This document shows positions 28,099 to 38,697 of a stretch of DNA of 64,000 nucleotides, piece after piece. Position numbers and translations under genes: made by a program. The stretch comes from a virus. Lineage: Duplodnaviria > Caudoviricetes. The notes beneath the pieces are model-generated. The model was not told the origin of the DNA and ran no database searches. It saw nothing but the letters and a program-made list of their open reading frames with translations. Location: IMG/VR virus record IMGVR_UViG_3300005076_000003, positions 1-64,000 of that record. One strand, written 5' to 3'. The stretch's first letter is position 1. Every line of letters begins with the position of its first letter.

Positions 28099-28533
28099 TT
28101 ATCTTAATTTCCAAAATACAGCAATATCAACCCTACCATCCCAAAACAAGGCATGTTCTTTACTCTGATCAAACATTACCAAATCCCCCTCTCTAAGAGA
28201 TATAAACTTACCACCTTGATATAACATAGGTACATCCATAGAATCCCTGTACTCCCTCCCCTTCCCAACAGATAGGACAAGTAGAAATACTTTACTACAA
28301 TATTCATAGATATTGTCCACATGAGGAGGGATGCTGCCAACAATCCTACTAATCATTGTGTGATGCTTGTGTTTCATATTATAAACACCAAGCTCTTTTA
28401 AGAAATTCATATCACCGCAATAGTTTTGTGATGAATCATTCACATCACTTATTACAGAAGTGTTCAAATGCTTTCTCAGCTCAGTGAATACGTGTTTATA
28501 ATTGTTGTGACAATTACTCTTAACAATTTGCAT
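28099..28533 (-). CDS. 2OG-Fe(II) oxygenase-like protein
   Basis: IPPHVD ... GDLVMFDQSKEHA (HxD..H). Confidence 0.6.
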   Translation of the reverse strand: MQIVKSNCHNNYKHVFTELRKHLNTSVISDVNDSSQNYCGDMNFLKELGVYNMKHKHHTMISRIVGSIPPHVDNIYEYCSKVFLLVLSVGKGREYRDSMDVPMLYQGGKFISLREGDLVMFDQSKEHALFWDGRVDIAVFWKLR

Positions 28534-28932
28534 GATAATCTCCTAATGGCAAAATCTGCTGCTTAATTTGTTGTGCATAATAATCTCCTAGTTCTTTCTC
28601 ATAACAATTAACTAAGTGCTTAACTAAATCTAATCTTAATTCTAGTTGTTCACCAATCCAAAAGTTATCTGTTTCATTATAAACACCTTGACCTAACACA
28701 GGGTAATCCTTATCACCATAATAAGACTTCCAAGATTTAAAATGCCGTTTATCTACATCATGTCTATACGATAAGTTGTTCCTATATTACCACAAATACT
28801 ACGGTTTTTATCTAATGAGTAACAACCATCATCTGTAGTAAAGAACACAACCATATTGTCTTTTAGTGCAAGCTCTTGTTCTACGCTTAAAATACCTTTC
28901 AAATACTCTAAGATTTCTTGATCTTTATTCAT
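28520..28932 (-). pseudogene. Hypothetical phage gene with single-base frameshift near 28785
   Basis: MNKDQEIL..SICGNI continues in a shifted frame as RNNLSYRHDVDKRHFKSW..DYPV..FWIGEQLELRLDLVKHL. Confidence 0.55.
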
Positions 28933-29225
28933 ATTAAATACTCCTTGTACAGCACTATTGCTGTTTGTGTATTTATCTTAGTTGTTTGATTATGTTGTGT
29001 CAACAATTATTTAACTTGTTTCAACACCCTTATTAAAACATTTTAGTATATTTCCTTAGACAAATAAAAAGAGGACACTATAAAGCATCCTCTTATGTTG
29101 TGTTATGGTATTGTGTTACTGTTTGTGTTATGGTGGTTTATTAAAGAACTTACTTAGCACCAAGATAAACCAATTCATTAAGTATTCAAATAATACTACC
29201 ATATTTACCTCCTCTTGTTAAAATC

Positions 29226-29423
29226 CTATCTACCCCATACTTGATCAATCTTATCTAATGTGTTTAATATATCAGATTTGATTTCATCAACTTGTGTTTT
29301 ATGTTCATCTAAATCTACTACAAACACTTCAGCTTTTAAATTCAAGTTGTGTAGTGCTTTTGTTAAAGTATCTAACTTCTCATGTAGTTTTAATAACTCA
29401 TGTGTTTCGTTTGGTGTTAGCAT
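29226..29423 (-). CDS. Hypothetical coiled-coil protein
   Basis: GGAGG RBS, 65 aa. Confidence 0.6.
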   Translation of the reverse strand: MLTPNETHELLKLHEKLDTLTKALHNLNLKAEVFVVDLDEHKTQVDEIKSDILNTLDKIDQVWGR

Positions 29424-29432
29424 GTTACCTCC

Positions 29433-30131
29433 TTAACAATAATCTGATAGTTTAACAATACTCAATTTATAGCCATTGTCGAACTTCTGAAATACGCCAC
29501 CTGTATCTAAGAAAGTACAGTTACCAACTTGAGTAACTTCATTCAGAATAAACTTGAAGTACATCTCATCCATTAGTTGTGATAACCCTACATTAATATT
29601 ACTGCTGAAAATATCACTTCGTATTAACTTATCAATCTCCAACATCTTTACTGTTTTAGCAAAGAACACTGCTTCTCTTTCTGTTGTGAATCTGCCTATA
29701 TTAATCCGCTTACCACAATATTTCTTAGTATAAGATTGGTGTTTATCCCGTGTTGGGTCGAAATAACTTCCGCACTCCTTACGAACACTTGTTAAAAACA
29801 GATTCAACTCCTTCGGAATATATAAACAAGTGTTTTCAGAATAAACCTCTCCACTTAGAACATCTTTGTCTAGCACGTACCCTTCAACACAGTTTTTCTC
29901 AAACCAAGCTTTGAAGTTAGATAGTGTCAACCAACTCTCACTGACCGAAACATTACCTAAGTAATCTCCTGTGGTGCAGTAGCATCGTTTCAACATATTC
30001 TTCCAATCTCTATAATACTTAAAGGAATGTCTTTTACCGTTCACAAGCCACTCTTTAGACCCATCAACATCGTCGATACCTACACCGTATACAAGGTTTC
30101 TTTTAAACGTACCATCTTGATTTCGCATCAT
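29433..30131 (-). mobile_element. HNH-family homing endonuclease fused to a phosphatase C-terminal remnant
   Basis: GVGI..WKNMLKRCY..LDKDVL..YSENTC..LN; ends EVTQVGNCTFLDTGGVF. Confidence 0.8.
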
Positions 30132-30280
30132 ACCAAATCACCAACGGCAATTAGTAAATCTGTGTTGTAGTTAAAACCAACCTCTTTTAGCTTGTCTTTG
30201 AGTTGTGTATATTCTCCATGAATATCTCCAACAACAAACACATTGACATCATCATCAACTTCTAAATATTTAACTTTCAT
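30128..30280 (-). pseudogene. Ser/Thr protein phosphatase (NinI-like) N-terminal fragment
   Basis: 50 aa with VVGDIHG and AVGDLV; stops just before the expected DRG, overlapping the HNH start. Confidence 0.85.
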
Positions 30281-30861
30281 ACTACTCCTCCATCGTCTAA
30301 GAACTTTTTAATACTTTGTAAAACACTTTCTTTATCTTTAATACCAAGATTAAACACAGGTATGTCATATTTCATAGCAATACGAATAACTGTTGCCGTA
30401 CCTCCAACCACAGCACCATCAGGAGTCCAACATATCACAGCATCAACAGGAGATTGTAAATCATACCCCAATATTTGATGACAGTTTCTACTGTGCATAC
30501 CTCTAGACCATTCATTGCATCTATCCCAAGCAGGATGTACTTCTGAAGCAATACGTTCTGTTTCAGAAATCAAATCTTTATTACGAACAATAGCTAGGTG
30601 TTTACGTGGTAGTGTCGATCTACGAATGTTGTATTGATCAGCAACATACACTTCAAACTGAGATTCTTTAGCTAAACCAAGATCAACAGCTTTACTATAA
30701 GCTTTCTGAGCAATACCATCCATACCCAACTCACACAAACCTGATGTGAAAGTAATACCCAACTGTGCTAACCTCATGCAAACATTATAACAAAGTTTAA
30801 TGTCCTCAAAATACTCTTGTTTCTGTTCTAACTGCCTAGAACCAATTAAAGCAATTCGCAT
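30277..30861 (-). CDS. SLOG/DprA-like nucleotide-binding protein
   Basis: [40 protein letters not shown]. Confidence 0.7.
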   Translation of the reverse strand: MRIALIGSRQLEQKQEYFEDIKLCYNVCMRLAQLGITFTSGLCELGMDGIAQKAYSKAVDLGLAKESQFEVYVADQYNIRRSTLPRKHLAIVRNKDLISETERIASEVHPAWDRCNEWSRGMHSRNCHQILGYDLQSPVDAVICWTPDGAVVGGTATVIRIAMKYDIPVFNLGIKDKESVLQSIKKFLDDGGVV

Positions 30862-31130
30862 CAATCCTCTCCTAGTACTTCCATCCACAAATACAAACCC
30901 TCTTTCATCTCCTCAATAGCTAATAAAGTCTGTACAGGGTTAAGAGCATGATATGGATGATCTAGCATCTCTAAATGAGTTATATAACATAATTGCTCTA
31001 CACTTACGTAATAACCTACGTGCAACTGCTTACCGCTACAATTATCGTATAGGTGCAAGCAGAAAGGGTAATGCTGTTCTTTGTTGTAGAACACTTGTGC
31101 TGTGTAATCTAATAGTTTAAATGTTTTCAT
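30861..31130 (-). CDS. Hypothetical protein
   Basis: ORF with GGAG RBS. Confidence 0.55.
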   Translation of the reverse strand: MKTFKLLDYTAQVFYNKEQHYPFCLHLYDNCSGKQLHVGYYVSVEQLCYITHLEMLDHPYHALNPVQTLLAIEEMKEGLYLWMEVLGED

Positions 31131-31181
31131 ATTACTTCTCCTAGTGGTTTATGCACGTTGCATATCTATTTCGATATAGAG

Positions 31182-31211
31182 AGGATACTTCACTTATTAT
31201 CCTCTTGTCAA
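31182..31211 (-). promoter_or_regulatory. Sigma70-type promoter containing an inverted repeat
   Basis: TTGACA-18-TATCCT; AGAGGATA(31180-87)/TATCCTCT(31198-205) palindrome. Confidence 0.55.
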
Positions 31212-31275
31212 CACAATAACACAATATTTAGATAAATAAAAAGAGAACAACCCGAAAGTCATTCTCTTTTGTTTG

Positions 31276-31533
31276 TTATTTACTATATTTAGTAGCAAGC
31301 ACTTCTTTTAATTCAACTAAACCACCAATGTATTCTTCCATCTCAACACCGTCATATTTAACCAATATGGTAATCATAGGCATTGTCTTGTGGTTTTTAT
31401 TAATATGAACAAACTTACTTAGATCATAGTCCTTACCAAACATTAGGTATTCGTACTCACAACCTTTAGTTTCTAATAACTGCTTCGCTGATGTACAACT
31501 TGGGCAATTTGTTTTACCATACACTTTAAACAT
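31276..31533 (-). CDS. Glutaredoxin
   Basis: CPSC active site, TMPMI, YIGG. Confidence 0.9.
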   Translation of the reverse strand: MFKVYGKTNCPSCTSAKQLLETKGCEYEYLMFGKDYDLSKFVHINKNHKTMPMITILVKYDGVEMEEYIGGLVELKEVLATKYSK

Positions 31534-31549
31534 TACTTACTCCTTTCAA

Positions 31550-33295
31550 TTATTCACAAACACTACAAACAGGTTCAAAACTAGTCTTAATACTAGCATC
31601 ACGTAAACCTGTATGATAGTACAAACTAACAATATTAGGTTTAGCATAAGCATAGAAATAAATCTTACTAATATCTTTACCTGTAGCATTAGCAATAAAC
31701 AGATTACAACTTTGTGCTTGGCAAACAAACTTTTGTCGGTAATCAACTAAATCAATATGGTCGTACATATTAATCTCAAAAGCTGTACGGAATACTGCTT
31801 TCTCATCTGCTGTAAATTCAGGTCGATGTTGGATACTACCTTTATGTCCACTAATGTCACTTAAAAGTTTCTTAGTTTCTAAATCATCTTCATTAACATA
31901 CAAACCTTTTTCTTTTAACAACTCTAAGAAAGATGGGTCAATACGGACAACCTCACCTGATGGTGTTGATTGTGTAAACACAAACGCTGGTTGAGGGTTA
32001 ATACCTTCACTAACGCCGCCTAGAATCAATGCTGTTGATTTATTTGGTGCGATAGCTGTTAAGTGTGTATTACGCACTCCTGTACCTTTACACCATTCAG
32101 GTTCACCAAATATTGTAGCTAACCATTGTGAAGCTTGTGTCGCTTCATCTTGAACTGTAGAGTAAATCTCATGGTTTAGTAATTTACTTTCCAAACTTCC
32201 GTAAACAATCTTATTGTCTAACAGGAGTGTGTGGAATGCCATACTACCTAACCCTAATGCTCGACCTTTCTCAGTAAATCGGATAGCTTTCTCAATACCT
32301 TTCAAATCTTTAGCTTTCTGAATAAAGTCTTCACAAACACAATCTAAGAAAACTGTATTAATAAACGAAAGCATTGGTGGACGAGAGAACCATAACCGTA
32401 AGTTTTCACTTCCTAAAACACAAGTATAAGTGTGCTGTTGATCAGAGAACAATGTGATTTCGGTACACAACTGAGACGCTTTAACATCTAGGTTGTTATT
32501 AATATAGGCTTGAGGTCGTTGACGTTTAGCCTTATCAACAAAGAACTGATAACCACTACCTACACTTGTCTTACAAGTCAGCATTTGACCCCAACGATTA
32601 ATAGCATCCTTATCACCACTCTCTAACCGTTCTTTGAAAGCATCAGTTAAACACCAACCGCCATTGTTACCATCTGTATCTGTTTCTAAGTAATGTACAA
32701 GCTCATTGAAATCTCCACCATCAATAGGATAGTACCATGCGGTAGCTCCACGTCTTGTACTTCCTTGTGAAATCTTCTTACTGTCATCCACAAACATTTC
32801 AGCTACAGGTTGAGCACCAGAAGCTTCACCTCCTTTCATTGCACTACCACGAGGTCGAATATCACCAAGATAAGTTGATGTACCAAACCCCTCTTTACTA
32901 AGTAAAGCGTTTTGCAACCGACTCTCGTAAAAGTCGTAAACACTGTCACCAACATAAGTACCTGAACAAGATACTGATTGTCCTAAGTCTGTCCCCGTGT
33001 TAGATAGTACAGGTGTCGATGGGCTTAAATACCCATCCCACAAAATTGAATAGAAAGCATCTTCCCAGCTCTTACCTTTCCAATATTCAATCTCATCCCA
33101 CCATTCAGGGTAATTATCACCAACATATTGAGATAAAGTTTTCGCAATTCTTCGGTATTGATCAGCAGGGGATTTACTTCCTTCGTTTAAATACTTTGTT
33201 GCTAACAATTGATACCCTTGTGTGGTTAACCAATTAGGAGCTAAACCTTGCTTCTGCAACTCTTTACGCTCTTTACTAAAATTACGAACTCTCAT
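31550..33295 (-). CDS. nrdA: Ribonucleotide reductase class I alpha subunit
   Basis: SPSTPVL, SCSG, SQLCTEI, AIAPN.ST..GVSEGI, SLYY. Confidence 0.95.
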   Translation of the reverse strand: MRVRNFSKERKELQKQGLAPNWLTTQGYQLLATKYLNEGSKSPADQYRRIAKTLSQYVGDNYPEWWDEIEYWKGKSWEDAFYSILWDGYLSPSTPVLSNTGTDLGQSVSCSGTYVGDSVYDFYESRLQNALLSKEGFGTSTYLGDIRPRGSAMKGGEASGAQPVAEMFVDDSKKISQGSTRRGATAWYYPIDGGDFNELVHYLETDTDGNNGGWCLTDAFKERLESGDKDAINRWGQMLTCKTSVGSGYQFFVDKAKRQRPQAYINNNLDVKASQLCTEITLFSDQQHTYTCVLGSENLRLWFSRPPMLSFINTVFLDCVCEDFIQKAKDLKGIEKAIRFTEKGRALGLGSMAFHTLLLDNKIVYGSLESKLLNHEIYSTVQDEATQASQWLATIFGEPEWCKGTGVRNTHLTAIAPNKSTALILGGVSEGINPQPAFVFTQSTPSGEVVRIDPSFLELLKEKGLYVNEDDLETKKLLSDISGHKGSIQHRPEFTADEKAVFRTAFEINMYDHIDLVDYRQKFVCQAQSCNLFIANATGKDISKIYFYAYAKPNIVSLYYHTGLRDASIKTSFEPVCSVCE

Positions 33296-34320
33296 TAAAC
33301 ACTTTCCTCAACTTTCTGTAACACTTCTTTATAACTTCCATCTGTAAAAATATCGAAGTCTTTTGCTGTAAATTCCTTTTTGTAGTTTCGACCACGAGTA
33401 AAGAAATTGTCATTAAACTTAAATGAGTTCATAGACGAGTAGAACCATTCGCTAATTGTGTCTGTACTTTCATCAAAGATTGGTTTGTACCCTAAACCTT
33501 GTAGAACAAGATTACAACGATGAGAAGCAAAACCTACTAGGTCATCATACGACGCAAAAGGAATATCTCCTTCGCTTAACATAGCTTTGATAATCAATTT
33601 CTCATGTTCTAATACATTACGAGCATGATTATAAATCTTTTCCTCTAACTCTCTCAACTCGTCCTTACTACGTTTCTCTTGCTTCTTTTGTAGTTTAAAG
33701 ATTTCAGCAGCCATTTCAAAGTGATGACTTTCATCAAGACAAGACATATCAATACCAGCAATTAGGTTAGGCATGAAGTTTTGTCCCTTAACACCTAACG
33801 ACTTAATCATAGCGAATGCTGTAAATAACACAGCACCTTCCATGAAAGCAAACCCGCCCATTGATGCTAGAGAATCTTTCTCTCCTACTAATTGGTGCAT
33901 AAACTGTACACGATCAATTAACAATGGGTCAGTTTCAAACAACTGATAAAATTCATCATTATGAGTGCCTAGCACTTCATTTACTCTACGGTAGAAAGGG
34001 AAGTGAATGTTCATCTCTACATCAGAGAAGCATACAGCCATACGTTGAATCTCGTGTCGCTTGTAACGCTTTAGAACAATATTAGCCCAGTAATCCACCC
34101 CAATAACACTTTCATATTTAGTGAATAGTCGTTGATTGAACGACACAGCATGTCGTTGTGCAGGAGAAAGCTTCTTCCGTAAGTCATGCTTATCTTTGTT
34201 TAAATCAATCTCTTTTTCTGTCCAAAACAAGTCTTCTTTCTGTTTAATAATCGCCTCAACAAACTGTGGGTATCGGTCAACAAAACTACTTGTTTCTGTT
34301 TGTAAATCACTCTTTTGCAT
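33295..34320 (-). CDS. nrdB: Ribonucleotide reductase class I beta subunit
   Basis: FWTEKEI, EMNIH..Y, MEGA, DESHH di-iron ligands. Confidence 0.95.
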   Translation of the reverse strand: MQKSDLQTETSSFVDRYPQFVEAIIKQKEDLFWTEKEIDLNKDKHDLRKKLSPAQRHAVSFNQRLFTKYESVIGVDYWANIVLKRYKRHEIQRMAVCFSDVEMNIHFPFYRRVNEVLGTHNDEFYQLFETDPLLIDRVQFMHQLVGEKDSLASMGGFAFMEGAVLFTAFAMIKSLGVKGQNFMPNLIAGIDMSCLDESHHFEMAAEIFKLQKKQEKRSKDELRELEEKIYNHARNVLEHEKLIIKAMLSEGDIPFASYDDLVGFASHRCNLVLQGLGYKPIFDESTDTISEWFYSSMNSFKFNDNFFTRGRNYKKEFTAKDFDIFTDGSYKEVLQKVEESV

Positions 34321-34340
34321 TTAATCCTTTCCTCTATTTT

Positions 34341-34709
34341 CTAAACCAATTCAATACTATTAACAACATCAAATGAACGTTGATTTGTAATTCCATCCAT
34401 CTCACGCATCATACTAACATCATCTGTTAGACAACGTACTTGATGTGAAGCAAACCTTGTCTTTAACCAGCTCTCGTCAACTCGCTCAAAACAACTGATA
34501 CGAGGGCTATCATCCTGTTCACCAAACTTGTTTAAAGTGAGTAACCCCTCATCAATCTCAATTTTATCAGGTAAAGTACAACCTAGATTAAAGAATAACT
34601 TATCCAAAGCTTCTTTAACTTTAGGATTATCTGATTTGAAATGCTCAATCTCAAGAGAGGGCACAATCTTCTTTAACTCATTGAGTGTAAAAATGCAACT
34701 TACTTTCAT
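34341..34709 (-). CDS. Hypothetical protein
   Basis: ORF in operon. Confidence 0.6.
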   Translation of the reverse strand: MKVSCIFTLNELKKIVPSLEIEHFKSDNPKVKEALDKLFFNLGCTLPDKIEIDEGLLTLNKFGEQDDSPRISCFERVDESWLKTRFASHQVRCLTDDVSMMREMDGITNQRSFDVVNSIELV

Positions 34710-35203
34710 CCATGTTCTCCTAACAGTTTCAATACTTTCTCTTTCAACTCTGTACTTCCTTGTTCACCATAAACTTCATAAGAAGCTAGTAGAGCGTAAT
34801 GAATTACTTTAGCTAAATCTTCAATACCGTTCTTACTCTTATAGCGAGAGATATACTTTACAACATTACCTTCACAAAAAGAAAGATTATTCTGCATTGT
34901 ATATTCTAAAGGTTGAATACCTCGATTCTTGTAGTGACCCCCTCCTTCTTGAGCGATTAAAGGGTTGTATGTTTGTGTTTCTAACACTTCGTTTTTAACT
35001 AGGGTAAGATCGTCAGCGTGGTATGAGTAAATATCCGTGTCAATCTCAACCTCCTCTCCTGTTACGTCAACATAAGTAATGGAAGCTTTTGTCCCTACAG
35101 GAGACAGTATCCCCTCTCCACCGAAGTGCTGTATTGTTTTATCTAACTTTACAATCTTAACTTCATCACCAACTCTAAACTTATTTGCTTTTAAAGCATT
35201 CAT
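34706..35203 (-). CDS. DUF3310 (SaV-like) protein with N-terminal SH3-like domain
   Basis: QEGGGHY..IQPLEY..FCEGNVVKYISRY..KNGIEDLAK. Confidence 0.85.
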   Translation of the reverse strand: MNALKANKFRVGDEVKIVKLDKTIQHFGGEGILSPVGTKASITYVDVTGEEVEIDTDIYSYHADDLTLVKNEVLETQTYNPLIAQEGGGHYKNRGIQPLEYTMQNNLSFCEGNVVKYISRYKSKNGIEDLAKVIHYALLASYEVYGEQGSTELKEKVLKLLGEHG

Positions 35204-35338
35204 TCAACCTCTCCTCAAAATATTTTAACACAAAGTTGTTACTCGTAATGTCAAAATAACAGCTTAGAAGAATATTATACAACTTCTAACTACGAATAAC
35301 AACTCTTTGTGCCTATTGATTTACTCTTTGCTTAATGT

Positions 35339-36304
35339 TTAGACAACACGTACTAACTTGTTATTAACACCAATTCGACTTGTTGAGCGCAGCTTAGTGT
35401 TGCAGTGATTGCACACATAAACTTGATACTTACCATTTGGTGTAAATGCAAACTTATCTTCGAGAGGTGTAATATCATCACTACAACACGTAGTACAAAT
35501 AGCTCCAACATTGTCAGACATGATTGCTAAGTTTACAGCATTGTTATCAAACCCGCGTAAACGTTTATATAACTCTCGTGTAATTTCTACATCGACACGG
35601 TTATACTTCTCCATATGAATCAGTGCTTCATCATCACCAGCACAACATTTCTTCCATAGTGAGAATCCGTCATGTGGTAACTTCTCACCAATGTCTAAGT
35701 ATTCACACAAATCGTTAAGTTTGTTGCTAGGGAAAGCAAATCGAGCTTTTGCAATCTCTAGCGTGTCAATAATCTTGTAAGGAGATGGTGATGGAAGATT
35801 GTAGTAGGCAAAGCGTGAGTTGATCTTCTTAATATCAAAACGTCTCAAGTTATGTCCAACTACCACATTACTGTTATCTAACACATGCCATAACTTAGTG
35901 ATTAAAACCTCGTCATCTTCGTTTAGAGCTTCATTAGAGGTTAGGCGCAAGCTATGTACCTCGTTCTCGTTAAAAGCCCAAGAAGCCGTTAGAAAGAAGC
36001 TCTCAGAGAGGATTTGAGCTTGACTAATGTTCTCTTTAAAACGTCTCCATGTGTAACTCTTAGTTGGTGAACATTCAATGTCTAAGTAGCAAATCTTAGG
36101 TTGGTTGTTCTCAACTTTATCAACAGATGTTTCAGGAAGTTCAAGATATTGTTCAGCGATCTCGTCTTTATCTACCATACGCTTTAAATAACCTTGAATT
36201 GTGGTTCTTGGGATACCTAGAATCTTAACTGCTGATCTTTGTGAATGACCATCGTTAATAAGTTCTAGGTAGTCGATGTAATCTTGCTGGGTAATCTTAC
36301 TCAA
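35339..36304 (-). CDS. RNase H-like (DnaQ/YprB) exonuclease with N-terminal HTH
   Basis: YLDIE, VGHNLRRFD, IDTL, YNRVDV; C-terminal Zn ribbon. Confidence 0.8.
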   Translation of the reverse strand: MSKITQQDYIDYLELINDGHSQRSAVKILGIPRTTIQGYLKRMVDKDEIAEQYLELPETSVDKVENNQPKICYLDIECSPTKSYTWRRFKENISQAQILSESFFLTASWAFNENEVHSLRLTSNEALNEDDEVLITKLWHVLDNSNVVVGHNLRRFDIKKINSRFAYYNLPSPSPYKIIDTLEIAKARFAFPSNKLNDLCEYLDIGEKLPHDGFSLWKKCCAGDDEALIHMEKYNRVDVEITRELYKRLRGFDNNAVNLAIMSDNVGAICTTCCSDDITPLEDKFAFTPNGKYQVYVCNHCNTKLRSTSRIGVNNKLVRVV

Positions 36305-36680
36305 TTGTAAACTCCTTTAAAACATCTGCTTTAATAATCTCTTGTAAGTTACTCTCGTACTCGTAGAAAGGTAGTTGTTTCAAACCTAGTACATCAGAAG
36401 CATTCCGAATAAACTCTTTCTCTGTAATTAGATAACACTTGTAGTTTTTAACTTCTGATAGGTTATTAACACCAAAGAAATCTAAACAAGCTTTAATCAT
36501 TTCACAACCATAAGCTGTTCCTACACGTTTCTGCTTATCTTTATCGTATGTATCTAAGACAACATTAAATACAGATAAACCTCCACCATCAACTAACTCT
36601 ACATTCACATCTAAGATAAGAATCTTTCGGTCTTGATAGTTAGTTGTAACACTCTTTACGTTACACAATTGGTAATTCAT
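36297..36680 (-). CDS. Hypothetical protein
   Basis: ORF in operon. Confidence 0.6.
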   Translation of the reverse strand: MNYQLCNVKSVTTNYQDRKILILDVNVELVDGGGLSVFNVVLDTYDKDKQKRVGTAYGCEMIKACLDFFGVNNLSEVKNYKCYLITEKEFIRNASDVLGLKQLPFYEYESNLQEIIKADVLKEFTIE

Positions 36681-37179
36681 TAATCTTCTCCTTCATTATT
36701 ACTTCAAGTATTTCGTCCATACTGTGTGTTCGCTTTAGTATGAACTTTTTAAATATTAACTTACGTTGAGTTCCATTGCAACCTTTTTCTTCATTAAAAT
36801 GCAATAAAATATTCTGTTTCTGTTTTTCATTTAGTTTGTTGAATTGAACTTGAAGTTTCTTAATGAATGCAGGGTGTAAATACTTTTGCTCGTGTTCCTT
36901 GTCAAGATACTCAGCACAACCTCTAAGGAAGTCTGAAAGTGTACCTTCATACCACCACTTTATATAACGAATATAAGCGTTTTCTATTTTACCCAATAAA
37001 ACATTAGTCTGTCGGTGTAACACTCCCCTAACAAACTGTGTATTATGGTCATGATCAAGTACAGCTTGGTTTGGTGGTATCGCAAGACCCGTAATTAAGT
37101 CAAGCCCCTCTTGTTCAATAAGTAAATCTTCTCGAACTTTCTGAACATCTTTCACTGAATATAAATGTTTTGGATTCAC
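36661..37179 (-). CDS. Recombination endonuclease VII-like resolvase
   Basis: VLDHDH..VRGVLH..N..LGKIEN. Confidence 0.85.
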   Translation of the reverse strand: MNPKHLYSVKDVQKVREDLLIEQEGLDLITGLAIPPNQAVLDHDHNTQFVRGVLHRQTNVLLGKIENAYIRYIKWWYEGTLSDFLRGCAEYLDKEHEQKYLHPAFIKKLQVQFNKLNEKQKQNILLHFNEEKGCNGTQRKLIFKKFILKRTHSMDEILEVIMKEKINELPIV

Positions 37180-37760
37180 TTTTTAACCTCCCACAATAAC
37201 AAGGCTTCGAAAACATGGTTATCTAACATATCTTTCCACTCTAAAGCAACCTCTTTAACATAAGCTTCTTTAAAATTTTTATACGAGATAAAAGCTTCCT
37301 CTGGATTATCAAAATATCCCAAGTGTTTCTTTTTTCCTTTATACATACAATCTGCTTTGAATAACCCAGTACGTTTGTAAAAACTAACACCTGTTGGGAA
37401 TTTCCCTTTCGATGTTACCTTGTTAGTGATTAAGCTATTAATGGCTTTTGGTATGAAACAACAAGTTTCCTCTGAATATAGGTGACTGTCTCCTAATAAA
37501 TCTTTATCTAACTCAAACCCATTCTGTAAAAAACCTTTTTGTGTTTTACACCAATTGTCAAAGGAAGAAAAAACCTTAAACCCTTCTGACACCCTACAAT
37601 TCTTATAACAAACCCTCTCATACGTTCTGTAACACCGATCTAACATCCTCGTCCAGTAGCGGTAAGATTTGGTTTTAGACTTTCTTCTAGCAACAAGTTT
37701 TACATCTAGAACACCCACACTTGCATTTGTTGGTAAAATTTCTTGATTATCTTCAATCAT
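37176..37760 (-). mobile_element. HNH-family homing endonuclease
   Basis: WTRMLDRCY..FELDKDLL..YSEETCCFIP..IN; AP2-like KKHLGYF. Confidence 0.8.
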
Positions 37761-38697
37761 TATTAACTCCTTTCATAAATAAATCCAAATCAAACACCTT
37801 ACCACGCTCTTTAGTAATATAAACCAACTTACCAGTGAGGGTTAAAGCATCTTTCCAAGTATTACCATACGTTAGTTTATAGATTTCAATAACACGTTTT
37901 TTCATTTCTATTTTAGAGTGCTTAACATCCTCTAATAACTTCTCTGCTGTATTCTTACCAATAGATTTAACCTTTACATTAAACGCTTCTCTAAGCTCTG
38001 TAGAGACAAAATCAATGCCACGTATGAAGTCAGTGCTGTCACCAATTAACAACTGTGTACTTAGGTTATAGAAGGCTTGTATGGGGTTAATGTAGAACAC
38101 GCCCAAACCAAGATTATTGTAGTTTAAGAACAAACCATGATGTCCTTCTAAATCCTTGTCAATGTAAGCTCGAATACCTAATGGGTCTAAAGCAGCATCA
38201 GCGATTACAAAATCTTCGCTCTCATAACCATGTACAACTTCAATCTTCCCTTTGTATTTGTTCAACATATAGTTGAAGCAGTGTTTGTGTAGAGCTGGTT
38301 TTGCTCCACGATTAGATTTATATTCAGGGTAGACATCATAACGGAAATTGTCTTTACCTTGAATATACAACCTATAATCATTAACCCAATCGAAACCAAC
38401 AATAGAATCAACCTTACTCTTAACATTAGATAAAGCAAAACCGATAGTTGGTATAACAAAATCGTTTACTTCAAAGTTCTTCCCTTTTGGGTCATTTAAT
38501 AAGAAATCATCAAAAGAATTGAAGTTTTCAAACTCTTTCTTTCTACCACTTGCTTTGTGTGTAACAACACAAGAGTCTTTGGAACAAGCTGCTGCACATG
38601 CGTAGGCGATTGTGTCACAGTCGATATATAAGTTATATTTCTGTGTTGGGTCAAACTTGGTGAAGTCATAACGACTAAAATCTCGACTCATATTCAC
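37753..38697 (-). CDS. 5'-3' exonuclease (T7 gp6/T5 D15-like)
   Basis: YIDCD, NFRYDVYPEYKSNR, ESED, DKD, GDSTD..G. Confidence 0.88.
   Translation of the reverse strand: MNMSRDFSRYDFTKFDPTQKYNLYIDCDTIAYACAAACSKDSCVVTHKASGRKKEFENFNSFDDFLLNDPKGKNFEVNDFVIPTIGFALSNVKSKVDSIVGFDWVNDYRLYIQGKDNFRYDVYPEYKSNRGAKPALHKHCFNYMLNKYKGKIEVVHGYESEDFVIADAALDPLGIRAYIDKDLEGHHGLFLNYNNLGLGVFYINPIQAFYNLSTQLLIGDSTDFIRGIDFVSTELREAFNVKVKSIGKNTAEKLLEDVKHSKIEMKKRVIEIYKLTYGNTWKDALTLTGKLVYITKERGKVFDLDLFMKGVNND

Noticed and set aside
29433-30280. Phosphatase split by a self-splicing intron
   Set aside because: No DRG/GNHE exon in any frame after the HNH and no room for intron core structure; the middle of the gene is simply missing
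37176-37760. Replacement-half fragments around the HNHs at 37176, 44103 and 59842
   Set aside because: Flanks were read in the relevant frames and no duplicated gene pieces were recognised; treated as ordinary free-standing insertions
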